From: Candidatus Woesebacteria bacterium GW2011_GWB1_39_12
Lineage (GTDB): Bacteria; Patescibacteriota; Microgenomatia; UBA8517
NCBI GenBank assembly: GCA_000993405.1
Contig: LBWB01000008.1
Location: forward strand, 26,325-90,324
Direction: 5' to 3'
Length of the DNA: 64,000 nucleotides
Within the stretch, counting starts at the first letter, position 1, and each line of letters opens with the position of its first letter. Positions 8,504 to 17,895 of the stretch are shown here, piece by piece. Both the position numbers and the translations under genes were made by a program. The notes beneath the pieces were generated by a model, which saw only the letters and a program-made list of their open reading frames with translations, did no database searches and was not told the origin of the DNA.

Positions 8504-10699
8504 TTAGGCAGTGACCGTAGGAGAAACACTTTGTGCAAATTTTCTTCTCCTCTTCAATAAAAGTAAAATAGCAACGGGAATAAGCGGGATAAGATAGGCA
8601 AGGTTAATGTGAACAACCTTTTTCCCGGCTGTTGGCGTACCACCCGAATCATCACTTCCTGCCATTGCAAGTACATTTGTCCCTTCATCTGTAGTTTCAA
8701 ATGTAGTTTCAAACGCACTTGGTGTAAAAATTCCCAAAACATTATTTGCTTTCTGGCTGATAAATGTATTAGTAGAACCTGCATTTTGCTGCGAATTAGC
8801 CGAATCTCCATTATTACCTCCTGAGTTGTTTTGATTTTCCGCTTCAGCTCCACCTAAACCCAAATTCTCATTTTCATTTTCCTTTGCAAAGCCAGGTCCT
8901 ACAAAGTTACCCATCCAACTTCCAAACACATTGACAACCGTAACAAATAGTTTCCCGCTTCCTACAATGTTGTTGTTTACGAAATTAACTATGTTGGCAA
9001 TAACGTTTGCATCACCTGTTGTAATCGACGAATTACCTCCGACATTATCGCTTGCAGAATTACCTCCTGTGTTAGCAAGAAGGTTGACATTGTTTACAAT
9101 CTTTGCTTCATTCGATTGAACTATTGTATTGGTGTTTGTTTGATTTATATTCCCAGTATTTGTTGATCCGCTTCCGTTTCCGGAATTCGTCACAAATATT
9201 TCACCATTCTCGTCATATGCAATCTCAAATTCAGACGAGCCTGCAATATTAGAGCCATCAAATCCTAAAATCTTTCCGATCCAGCGTCCGGCCTCGTTGA
9301 CTATAACCAACCAATAGTTACCGCCGACCAAATTGTTATTCGCTATATTGACAACTTGAGCCAAAACATCGGTGTCGCCCGTCGTAATATTATTATCGCC
9401 ACCCGTATTCGCACTTACTGAATTGTCTCCGGTTGTTGCTGTAATAATAAGATTATTTTCTATATCAGCGTTGTTAAACTGATTGATGTCCGTCTCACTA
9501 TTTTGAGTAAGAGATGCTGTATTAGTCGAGTCTGTTGCGTTACCTGTATTCGACAGACTTGCATCGTTTCCACAACAGGAAGTTAGTGACCCTTCAGGTA
9601 AAATTATATCTCCGATTAAATTTCCATAGATATTAACAACGGCGTATATAACTCCTCCAACTATATTGTTATTGGCGAAACTCAAAATACTTGCGGTAAC
9701 ATTGACATCGCCCGTTGTAATTGACGAGTCCCCTCCGGTATTTCGATCAGTGTTATTACTTCCAGAGTCCGAAGCCAAAAGCATTGAATTCTCGATAGTA
9801 GCATCATTTTCTTGGAAAGTATTTTCGGATCCGTTTACATTAATATTGCCTGTATTAGTCGAGTCTTCTCCATTTCCAGAATTTACAACACCCAGGTCTC
9901 CCGTTGAGCATCCAGAAATACATCCTTGGGAGAAATCTAAAATAACGTCTCCAATATGATCATCCACCACATTAAATTCAGCTACGGCTACCCCATCAAC
10001 GTTTGTATTAACCGCTGTTATAATAGTTCCCGACGTGTTTGCGTCTCCCGTTTCGATTGACGAATTCCCAACATTATTTGATGCAGAATTATCACCGGTT
10101 GTAGTCGTTCCCGTTAAGTTGTTTCCAACGTTTGTACTATTATCTTGGAAAGTGTTATTTGAATCGGATAGATTTATTGATCCAGTATTAGTTGAGTCAC
10201 TAGCATTATCACTATTTCCTACAAAAACCGATCCTGTTCCTCCAGATGGAACAAATGTTGAATAATTATTATTACCTGTCGTCGTTAAAACAGCGGTATT
10301 TGTAGCGTCCCCAGTATCGATTTCTACGTCTCCCACTTGTCCATCAGCTACTTCTCCGCTTCTTTCCGAAGTAGGCTGTTGACTTTCTCCACTACCGTCA
10401 GTGCTTCCGCTTTCTGGTTCGTCCTGCGAAATACTTTCTTCATCTTCCGGCGTGGGTGTAGGACTTGCCTCAAGCATCTCTTCCAAAGTTGGTGCATCTG
10501 GCGCGTCAGGAGCATCTGGCGCACTTGGGGCTTCAGGCACCGTTGTCGTACTTTCTGGTTCAGGCGGTGGCGTCGGTGCACTTGGCGCATCTGGTATCTC
10601 AAATGCCAATACATAAACGGCTGGATTTTGTACTAATAAGAAAAGCCCTATGATTATGGCTATAAACGACCTTTTAATAAAATTTTGTTTTTTAAACAT
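8504..10699 (-). CDS. Secreted repeat-rich surface protein, paralog B (three ~130-aa modules)
   Basis: The maximal ORF runs to 10822. The start was set at the internal ATG 10697-10699 ('MFKKQNFIKRSFIAIIIGLFLLV', a signal-peptide-like N-terminus). Repeats include 'NTGGDSSITTGDVNVTASILSFANNNIVGG', 'NTGGDNNITTGDTDVLAQVVNIANNNLVGG' and 'VGGNSSITTGDANVIANIVNFVNNNIVGSG'. 'SCCGND' and 'GCISGC' are present. The C-terminus 'LAMAGSDDSGGTPTAGKK', then a hydrophobic helix, then 'KRRRK', resembles a sorting signal. Confidence 0.55.
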   Translation of the reverse strand: MFKKQNFIKRSFIAIIIGLFLLVQNPAVYVLAFEIPDAPSAPTPPPEPESTTTVPEAPSAPDAPDAPDAPTLEEMLEASPTPTPEDEESISQDEPESGSTDGSGESQQPTSERSGEVADGQVGDVEIDTGDATNTAVLTTTGNNNYSTFVPSGGTGSVFVGNSDNASDSTNTGSINLSDSNNTFQDNSTNVGNNLTGTTTTGDNSASNNVGNSSIETGDANTSGTIITAVNTNVDGVAVAEFNVVDDHIGDVILDFSQGCISGCSTGDLGVVNSGNGEDSTNTGNINVNGSENTFQENDATIENSMLLASDSGSNNTDRNTGGDSSITTGDVNVTASILSFANNNIVGGVIYAVVNIYGNLIGDIILPEGSLTSCCGNDASLSNTGNATDSTNTASLTQNSETDINQFNNADIENNLIITATTGDNSVSANTGGDNNITTGDTDVLAQVVNIANNNLVGGNYWLVIVNEAGRWIGKILGFDGSNIAGSSEFEIAYDENGEIFVTNSGNGSGSTNTGNINQTNTNTIVQSNEAKIVNNVNLLANTGGNSASDNVGGNSSITTGDANVIANIVNFVNNNIVGSGKLFVTVVNVFGSWMGNFVGPGFAKENENENLGLGGAEAENQNNSGGNNGDSANSQQNAGSTNTFISQKANNVLGIFTPSAFETTFETTDEGTNVLAMAGSDDSGGTPTAGKKVVHINLAYLIPLIPVAILLLLKRRRKFAQSVSPTVTA

Positions 10700-10913
10700 T
10701 TGTATATTTTTTATTAACCTTATTAAAGACTTAAGCCAAGGATAGTAAAACTTAAGCTCAAATATCGGTTTATTTATATCCCTAACTTCAATAAATTCAT
10801 TTACAATTTTTAAGGCAGGCATATTATTTAAATACTTATTTCATTAGTCCTCAGGTTTACAGGGTACCCCCGCTGAAGTGCTAGCAGAGGCTACCCTGCT
10901 CCTAAAGATTGGT

Positions 10914-12191
10914 TTATTCGCTCGATCCCATTAACCAAGCCCAGAAAAAGGCCCAATTAAATCCGAAATCAACTCCCCAGTCTCCTGGAAGTTCGAGATC
11001 AGGACCGTCGCCCAATACGTTCACATTGCCGGAGTTATCAATATCAGCTCCTGCGTGAGCATCACCAGTTTCGATTGTCGGATCAGCTCCGTCAACTCCA
11101 CCAGTATTATCTTCGGCATCGTTGTCACCAGTGTCAGCATCAGCGTCAACCTTGTTATCAAGTTCACAATCTCCCTTATGTTCATCACCTAAACCTTCAG
11201 GACCACCTTCTTCAGCACAATTGCCTTGGAAAGCTAGTTGTCCTTGACCAAGTTTAAGAGTGATTTTGTTGGTTGAATCAGACGCGTTTCCGGCTATCTT
11301 TGCCAAAAGGTCCTCCAACAAACATCCACAGTCGAGGTCAGCCCAGTTAAAGTTGACCATGTTGTCAACTTCAACATCAACGTCGGCGTCACCCGTATCG
11401 ATTTCAACGTCGCCTCCGGTATTATCTTTGGCATCGTTGTCACCGGTATCGGCGTCAGCCCAAACACCGTTGAATATATCAGCAACATTTTCTTGAGCTA
11501 ACAAAACTTGGCTTGCGAGATCAATTTTTATTTCATTGTCGCTCTTTGTTCCATTACCAAGAATTCTTGCTGAAAGGCTTCCCAAACCGCCTCCATCTCC
11601 AACTTGCGCGGAATTGGCATTTGCGGTTGTGAATACTTCAACATCAACTTCGGCGTCACCGGTAGTTATTTTTACACTTCCGCCGGTATTATCTTCGGCA
11701 TCGTTGTCACCAGTGTCAGCATCAGCGTCAACCTTGTTTGTCACGTCAGCGTAGTTACTTTGGAAAACCTCGGTTCCGCTCTTTAGACCCAAGTTAACGT
11801 CATTATCTGTATCAGAAGCATTTCCTGAAATCAAAACGTCAATTGGACCTGACGGACAACAGCCAACTTCTGCAGAGTTACTGTTTAAAGTATTTCCAAC
11901 AGCAACATCTACATCTGCATCGCCTGTGTCGATCTCAACATCACCTCCGGTATTATCATTTGCATCGTTACCACCTGTGTCTGCATCGACATCTACATCA
12001 TTGTAAACATCGGCTACATTTTCTTGCACAACTGTAGTGGTAGTGGTAATCGTACTCGTTATCTCGTTATCCGAATTCGTTCCATTACCAGAAATCTCGT
12101 AAGTTTGTTGTGCAAATACAGGGAGTACAGTATTCAAAAGTAGTGCACCGGAAGCAAAAACTACTGCAATTTTCTTTTTTAGATCTGTCAT
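10914..12191 (-). CDS. Secreted repeat-rich surface protein, paralog C
   Basis: Start trimmed to ATG 12189-12191 ('MTDLKKKIAVVFASGALLLNTVLPVFAQQ'). It is preceded by 'GGGGGTGA' about 12 nt upstream. Repeats include 'DTGGNDANDNTGGDVEIDTGDADVDV'. Cys pairs 'GCCPSGP' and 'DCGCLL'. Confidence 0.6.
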   Translation of the reverse strand: MTDLKKKIAVVFASGALLLNTVLPVFAQQTYEISGNGTNSDNEITSTITTTTTVVQENVADVYNDVDVDADTGGNDANDNTGGDVEIDTGDADVDVAVGNTLNSNSAEVGCCPSGPIDVLISGNASDTDNDVNLGLKSGTEVFQSNYADVTNKVDADADTGDNDAEDNTGGSVKITTGDAEVDVEVFTTANANSAQVGDGGGLGSLSARILGNGTKSDNEIKIDLASQVLLAQENVADIFNGVWADADTGDNDAKDNTGGDVEIDTGDADVDVEVDNMVNFNWADLDCGCLLEDLLAKIAGNASDSTNKITLKLGQGQLAFQGNCAEEGGPEGLGDEHKGDCELDNKVDADADTGDNDAEDNTGGVDGADPTIETGDAHAGADIDNSGNVNVLGDGPDLELPGDWGVDFGFNWAFFWAWLMGSSE

Positions 12192-12224
12192 AATTTTCTT
12201 TTCACCCCCTTTCTTTTTGGTCAC

Positions 12225-12299
12225 CCCAGTTAGATAGCTTACGCATCTAACGGGGCTAGGCACTTCACCCTAAACACCCCGCTTTCAAACGAAAACGGG
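12225..12299 (-). promoter_or_regulatory. Structured 5' leader of the surface-protein operon (two GC-rich hairpins)
   Basis: Minus-strand RNA would form CCCGUUUUC-GUUU-GAAAGCGGG (12278-12299) and CCCCGUUAGAU-(9 nt)-AUCUAACUGGGG (12225-12256), upstream of the SD/ATG at 12191. It is GC-rich in an AT-rich background. Confidence 0.4.
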
Positions 12300-12681
12300 C
12301 AGTTCTATTTGAAAATCTAATTCGATTATAGATATAGGTTAATATCTATGAATCAGATATCTATATATAACAAGCTCATTTTGTTTTGTCAATAGGCTTC
12401 CTCTTATAAAGAAGTTCTCATTTATATTGTTATATAGGTATTCTATTATAGATTGTAAGTGTGGAAAGGTTTATGTCCTTTTTTATCAAGTTATTAGGAT
12501 TATAATTTTTGGCCGAATTTACTGTTAGTTTTTTTTATATTCCTAACGGTTATTTGTGTCACAATGCCGTTTTGAATATATACTTCAACACTTCCGTAGG
12601 ACTTAACGCTTTCTAATGCAGAAGTAATCTCTTTTATGAGGGAAGTGGAAATTTTTTTTGTCGACAAGTCAGGCATTTTTT

Positions 12682-13446
12682 TTAAAATTGAAGAGCAATC
12701 TCTTCTTTATCGCCATTTATTTCTCCTACCCGAATTACCAAGTCGTGATCAGTATCGTTTATTGGAAATCCAATCCTTGTGTATTTGGTTGATATGGCTT
12801 GAACCTCGACAGGGTCGTTGTGAATATCCGGCGCCAACCATTCATCCTTATTGCCGTTAACGGACAGCCTAACATAGTCTCTTGATTTAATTTCTATAGA
12901 CTGGTTAAACTCGTTGGCAATTTTTAAATTAAGTATAAGAAACGTTCTTCCTTTGATAGCCTTGGCTCTTTGTCCTTTTACTACTATTTCATCACGCAGT
13001 TCCGCCTTTTCTATTAAATATTTGAGTTTAGCAACTTCTTCTCCCTTGTCATTTTTTAACGGAAATACAAATTCTTTGTTAAAATCTATCGAGGACCTGG
13101 CGCTGCCCACATCAATTACTTCTCCTGAGGAGCCTTTAGACTTATAATTATCCAAAATCTTTACTAGACCCAAAAGTACAATAACTATTACAGTTACTAA
13201 AGCGATGGATTTGAAATATTTCTTTGGAGTAAACCTCTGACCGACATTCTCCAAATGTTGGTCTCCAACAATATTTTCTCTATTTTTTAAAAGCCTTATT
13301 TTATCAACAAAAAGCAAAGTACTTCCCTTTAATAGATTAAATAGTTTAGATGGAAAAGTATAAATTTTCTGAAAGTAAGTGATAACGCCAGTTAGTTCTG
13401 AACGCTCTACCATCGGAATTGATACTGATATGTTTTTAAATATCAT
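12682..13446 (-). CDS. Membrane-anchored hypothetical protein
   Basis: 254 aa with a single TM ('SIALVTVIVIVLLGLV') and a beta-rich extracytoplasmic domain. No recognisable catalytic motif. Confidence 0.4.
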   Translation of the reverse strand: MIFKNISVSIPMVERSELTGVITYFQKIYTFPSKLFNLLKGSTLLFVDKIRLLKNRENIVGDQHLENVGQRFTPKKYFKSIALVTVIVIVLLGLVKILDNYKSKGSSGEVIDVGSARSSIDFNKEFVFPLKNDKGEEVAKLKYLIEKAELRDEIVVKGQRAKAIKGRTFLILNLKIANEFNQSIEIKSRDYVRLSVNGNKDEWLAPDIHNDPVEVQAISTKYTRIGFPINDTDHDLVIRVGEINGDKEEIALQF

Positions 13447-13544
13447 TTTATTTTCAGTTTATCCTAAGAAAGTAAAATCAAGAGGCAGTTCGTCGGTGAA
13501 AGTATGGTATCGAAGTATATCAAACTTGTCAAGGTGAAGTTCCA

Positions 13545-14036
13545 CTACTCGATTTCCTTTACTTCGACTGTTATGTGAACTATTGATTCACTAGGCTCTT
13601 TGCTAATCTCCACATTTACTTCCTCGCCTTCTCGTGCACCTGTCAACTTATTAAGAATATTACTATTGGCGCTTGTCTTCACAAAGGTTTTGACATTCAT
13701 CCCTTCGTTTATTATTTTATTTTTGTACCAATCGGTTACTGTATTAGACGAGTCCTGACTTTGTAAAGTTAATGTCTTTTCTGAATCACCAACAACTACC
13801 GAATTCGGATATTTATAACTTTCGAGTGGGGAGGTTCGAGGAGTAGGAACTAAGGTTGGAACTAGAGTGGGAGTTGTAATATTGGCTTCGACAGAAACTT
13901 TGCCTGAGGGATTTTTATTACTATCATCGGACAAAACTTTTCCTTGCTGGTTTCCTAGTTCAATTTTAGTCTTTTGACCAACAAATATCCCAACTGCCAA
14001 TATACAAACTGCCGCAATTAATAATAGTGTCTGCAT
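13545..14036 (-). CDS. Membrane-anchored hypothetical protein with PT-rich linker
   Basis: 163 aa with an N-terminal TM and a 'TTPTLVPTLVPTPRTSP' linker. Confidence 0.4.
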   Translation of the reverse strand: MQTLLLIAAVCILAVGIFVGQKTKIELGNQQGKVLSDDSNKNPSGKVSVEANITTPTLVPTLVPTPRTSPLESYKYPNSVVVGDSEKTLTLQSQDSSNTVTDWYKNKIINEGMNVKTFVKTSANSNILNKLTGAREGEEVNVEISKEPSESIVHITVEVKEIE

Positions 14037-14084
14037 ACTTTAAACACCTACATTGTATACCGCCCGTGCAAATTTACCCGAAAT

Positions 14085-15467
14085 TCACTGACAAAGATAA
14101 TGACTTGGAGCATATCTACACCACCAAGGCTTGGACTGACCACTCGGGGTGGGTGTAGGGGTTGGAGTTAAGGTAACGCTAGGAATCAACGTAGGAGTAG
14201 GAGTTAAAATGGGAGTGGGAGTCAAGGTTGGCGTAGGTGATGGACTCGGTATGGTGGTAGGTGTGAGAGTGGGAATTGAAGTAGGGACAGGCTGAATACT
14301 ACAATCGAGGGCACGACACACATTCACCCTTCCAAAATTCCAGTATAAACCGCTTCCTGATATTATCTCGCTTGAGTCCTCAATTTTTTGCCGTACTTCA
14401 ACATTTGTCCAAGAAGGATTTTTCGCGATCACAAGCCCTGCCAGCCCGGAAACAAATGGGGTTGCCATAGAAGTCCCCGAAAGATATTCATAACCATTTT
14501 CGTATGTCGAAAGGATAGAAACTCCGGGAGCTGCGACATCTACCCAGGTCCCGTAGTTAGAGAAGGTTGCCTTTTTATCCTCGCTAGTTGTAGCACCAAC
14601 TGCTAAAACAGGTTCATAGTACGCTGGGTACATCGGAAAACTACTTCCAGAATTCCCTGCAGCCGCAGCTATTATGACTCCTTTGTCCCAAGCATAGTTA
14701 ATCGCATTTTCCAATGTGTATGAGGTAAATCTTCCACCCAAGGAAAGATTAATTACTTCCGCGCCGTTATCGGTAGCCCAAACAATGCCGTTGGCAATCC
14801 AGGAGTAGTAACCGCTTCCTGTATCGTCCAGAACTTTTACAGACATCAGTCTTGGCAACCAGGCAAGTCCCGCAACCCCTTGATTATTATTTGTAGCCGC
14901 GCCGATTATTCCTGCCACATGAGTCCCGTGACCGTCGGGATCCGTGGTTGTAAAAAAAGGACAAGAAGAATTTATGCAATTTACCGAAACAGAAATTTTA
15001 CTCGCCAAATCCGGATGAGAGTTATTTATACCTGTATCAATGACTGCTATGTCGACATCCTCCGATCCATTTGTAACTTCCCAACCGTTTACTGCCTCAA
15101 TTTTAGCTAGACCCCACTGGTTTGGAAAAAGAGGGTCATTGGGTAAAACTTGCTTTTCGGCAACATAGTCTTCTTCAACATACTCCACAAAAAAGTTTTT
15201 CTTTAACTTCTCAGTCGATTCAAAAACCCTATCTTTAGGCACGTCAACAACGTAGGTCGAAGAAAGTTTGAGTTCTTCCTTCAATGAAAGTCCCTGGTCT
15301 TTAACAACCTTGTCTTTTAAGAAGCGAGGAGCAAAATTTCTGAATCTAACAATATACCTTTTAGTATCTTGGGAAGAAGCCTTGACAGAAGCTACCCATG
15401 TCACTTTCTGAAATTCAAACAATGAAAGAAGAAACATTAGGATTATAAAAACAAGGCCTTTTTTCAT
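14085..15467 (-). CDS. Subtilisin-like serine protease (peptidase S8) with propeptide and C-terminal PT-rich tail
   Basis: Catalytic triad blocks 'DTGINNSHPDL', 'HGTHVAGIIGA' and 'GTSMATPFVSGLAGLV'. Signal peptide. A ~50-aa (PT)n linker precedes 'KPWWCRYAPSHYLCQ'. Confidence 0.8.
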   Translation of the reverse strand: MKKGLVFIILMFLLSLFEFQKVTWVASVKASSQDTKRYIVRFRNFAPRFLKDKVVKDQGLSLKEELKLSSTYVVDVPKDRVFESTEKLKKNFFVEYVEEDYVAEKQVLPNDPLFPNQWGLAKIEAVNGWEVTNGSEDVDIAVIDTGINNSHPDLASKISVSVNCINSSCPFFTTTDPDGHGTHVAGIIGAATNNNQGVAGLAWLPRLMSVKVLDDTGSGYYSWIANGIVWATDNGAEVINLSLGGRFTSYTLENAINYAWDKGVIIAAAAGNSGSSFPMYPAYYEPVLAVGATTSEDKKATFSNYGTWVDVAAPGVSILSTYENGYEYLSGTSMATPFVSGLAGLVIAKNPSWTNVEVRQKIEDSSEIISGSGLYWNFGRVNVCRALDCSIQPVPTSIPTLTPTTIPSPSPTPTLTPTPILTPTPTLIPSVTLTPTPTPTPSGQSKPWWCRYAPSHYLCQ

Positions 15468-15530
15468 AATCCCAAAAATATATAAAAACTAGTCTTTTGT
15501 CAAATACTCCAATTGGAAAGAGAAAATTTT

Positions 15531-16535
15531 TTATTTATCCCACCCATTCGGATGTAATTTATACCACTTAACAAGACTCTTTACTGAATCCTTAATTGTC
15601 CTTTTCGGTTCCCACCCCAAAATCTTCTTCGCTTTTTTAATATCTGCAACCAACTTGGTTGGTTCACCCTTTCGGGGCTCAGTCCTCTTCAAATCAAATT
15701 TAAAACTTGTTGCCTCTTGTACTTTATCCACTACCTCCAACACCGAATTTCCACTACCCGTACCCAGATTAATTATCTCACTCTTTCCTCCTCTGAAAAG
15801 ATATTCCAAAGCTAAAACATGTGCTTCGTTCAAATCAACTACATTTATATAGTCTCTGATCGGCGTTTTGTCAGGTGTTTCAACTTCAGGACAAGTCAAA
15901 TAAAACGACTCAATGCTAAGTGCTCCTCTTACCGCGTTTTGAACAAGAAGTACGGACGGTTTTTTAGAATCTCCTATTTCTCCGTCATCGCTTGCGCCAC
16001 AGACATTAAAGTATCTTAAAATCACATATTTTAAATCCGAGAGTTTTCCATACCACTGAAGCATCCTTTCTATCAATAGCTTTGATTCGCCATACGGATT
16101 CGATGGATTTGTAGGGTGTTTTTCATCTATGGGCACATATTTTGCTTCTCCGTAGACTGCGCAGGTTGAAGAAAATACAATTTTCTTGATATCATACTTT
16201 AATATGGTCGAAAGTAAGTTTTGCGACCCGCATACATTATTAGAAAAATACTTTTGGGGATTTTCCATTGATTCATTTACCAAACAGTGAGCCGCATAAT
16301 GTAAAACCGCATCGATGCCTTTTTCTTTTTTGAAGATCGGGTCTAAAGGTTTTTTTAAATCAGCATCATAATATCTAAACTTAGACTTAAACTTATTCTT
16401 AAACTTTTTCAAAGGTTCTTCATAGCCCGTTGAGAAATTATCGATAACAACTACCTCGTATCCCTTTTGGAGCAAAAGGTAGGTTGCCACCGACCCAATG
16501 TAGCCTCCGCCCCCTGTTACTAATATTTTTTTCAT
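15531..16535 (-). CDS. galE: UDP-glucose 4-epimerase
   Basis: 'MKKILVTGGGGYIGS' Rossmann motif and overall GalE-like length. The track start at 16550 is a TTG; the ATG at 16535 fits the GalE N-terminus. Confidence 0.8.
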   Translation of the reverse strand: MKKILVTGGGGYIGSVATYLLLQKGYEVVVIDNFSTGYEEPLKKFKNKFKSKFRYYDADLKKPLDPIFKKEKGIDAVLHYAAHCLVNESMENPQKYFSNNVCGSQNLLSTILKYDIKKIVFSSTCAVYGEAKYVPIDEKHPTNPSNPYGESKLLIERMLQWYGKLSDLKYVILRYFNVCGASDDGEIGDSKKPSVLLVQNAVRGALSIESFYLTCPEVETPDKTPIRDYINVVDLNEAHVLALEYLFRGGKSEIINLGTGSGNSVLEVVDKVQEATSFKFDLKRTEPRKGEPTKLVADIKKAKKILGWEPKRTIKDSVKSLVKWYKLHPNGWDK

Positions 16536-16536
16536 A

Positions 16537-16959
16537 TTATATAATTTCAAGTTTTTTTGCCCAAAGCTTAACTTTTTCAGACATCTTAGGCAATAATTTC
16601 CAAATAAAATAAATTGCTAAAGTGGCACCAATCGTATCAAAAATCATGTCTCTAAAAGTCGGATCACGTCCTGGAGTAAAGGATTGGTGAAATTCGTCTG
16701 TAATACCATAGAATGACGCCAAAAATACTGAAATATAACCTGTTTTTTTGGTCTCAACTTTTTGTGACTTCAGAGCCCGATAGATAAGAGTGGAAAGGAT
16801 AGCGTAGATAATAACATGAGCCGACTTCTTGACAATAAAATCCCGCCAATGAATTTCGGAAGCCCTTACCGTCGGATTATTAGAAAAAGCAAAAATGACG
16901 ATAAGCCATATAAAAACAGGTAGCCAATATTTAAGAAACCGGAAAGTTTTATGTTTCAA
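16537..16959 (-). CDS. VanZ-like family membrane protein
   Basis: 140 aa with the VanZ signature 'DEFHQSFTPGRDPTFRD' and four TM segments. Confidence 0.65.
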   Translation of the reverse strand: MKHKTFRFLKYWLPVFIWLIVIFAFSNNPTVRASEIHWRDFIVKKSAHVIIYAILSTLIYRALKSQKVETKKTGYISVFLASFYGITDEFHQSFTPGRDPTFRDMIFDTIGATLAIYFIWKLLPKMSEKVKLWAKKLEII

Positions 16960-16972
16960 TTTATTAACCTTA

Positions 16973-17872
16973 CTAAGAATTATATTCTTTTTTCCTTTGT
17001 CTTAGAAAATAGTAAAAAGAACTACCGATTAATCCAACACCCAAAAGAATAGGAATTAAAGCGAAAAATGGAAATTTTTTCTCCACTTCTTCATCGGCAG
17101 CTTTTGACTCTTTTTTGCCAACATCTTTTATGCCAAGAACTTCGTTGATACCGTTACTCCCCACCTTAAGCGTTTGCCCTTCACCAGTTTCCTGACTATC
17201 TTCCTCACTTATTGTGGGAGCAACCGTCGATGTAGCTTTAGGTTTAGATGTGGGCACACTTGTACTCGTAGGTTTAGACGTTGGCGTATTTGTAGGCTTT
17301 GTGGTTGGAGTAGGAGAATCGGTTGGCTCAGGCGTAGGCGTCGGACAAGGATCTAATTCAGACGTATTATTTGATGATCCTTTTGATAATGCCGTCTTAA
17401 ATCTTTCAATTGTTGAATTCGCATCAGGATATCTTCCTATCGAACCCAATTCTGATGGTGTACACACCCCACCTTTATCTCCGTAAGAAATTCTATCAAC
17501 TTCACTTCGATCAGGTTTCAAGAGAATTAATATGTCTCCACCATTATTAAGTCTATTAGAAACTTCCACAACATAAAACTGATTACTTGAAGGTCCAATT
17601 ATGATATCTGAAGGAATTTCCTTCATATCGGTTGCGGTTCCATCGTCGTCTAAAATCCATCCTGAAATATCAGTATTTTCATAAGCGAACAACTCTATCC
17701 AATCGTCAGAAGTAGAAGAACTAAACTCATTAATCACTACCTGTGCGGAAATGGTTGTTTGAAAAATAGTAAGAAGAAAGATAGCTAAAGGTATTGACCA
17801 ATACACCTTGAGTGTATTCCCAATGTATTTGTATCTATTTGCCGAGTCTGACTCGATTTGCATTATTCGCAT
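16973..17872 (-). CDS. Lamin-tail-domain (LTD) surface protein with PT-rich linker and C-terminal TM anchor
   Basis: 'VVINEFSSSTSDDWIELFAYENTDISGWILDD' matches the LTD motif. It also has a 'PTPTPEPTDSPTPTTKPTNTPTSKPTSTSVPTSKP' linker and a C-terminal hydrophobic helix plus 'RQRKKEYNS'. Confidence 0.55.
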   Translation of the reverse strand: MRIMQIESDSANRYKYIGNTLKVYWSIPLAIFLLTIFQTTISAQVVINEFSSSTSDDWIELFAYENTDISGWILDDDGTATDMKEIPSDIIIGPSSNQFYVVEVSNRLNNGGDILILLKPDRSEVDRISYGDKGGVCTPSELGSIGRYPDANSTIERFKTALSKGSSNNTSELDPCPTPTPEPTDSPTPTTKPTNTPTSKPTSTSVPTSKPKATSTVAPTISEEDSQETGEGQTLKVGSNGINEVLGIKDVGKKESKAADEEVEKKFPFFALIPILLGVGLIGSSFYYFLRQRKKEYNS

Positions 17873-17895
17873 GCATTTGTATATTAGTATCGCAT

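Noticed and set aside
7409-12037. Numerous 60-100 aa ORFs on both strands overlapping the three repeat-protein genes (for example 8554..8853, 9666..9959, 10337..10636, 11260..11496)
   Set aside because: They are products of low-complexity repetitive DNA read in alternative frames. They are nested inside long ORFs with clear signal peptides and module structure.
5763-12263. Canonical LPXTG sorting signals in the sortase-adjacent proteins
   Set aside because: No LPxTG was found in any of the three paralogs or in the CAP/LTD proteins. Only C-terminal hydrophobic and basic tails and weak variants (LAMAG, TPTAG) exist, so the sortase-substrate relationship remains an inference.
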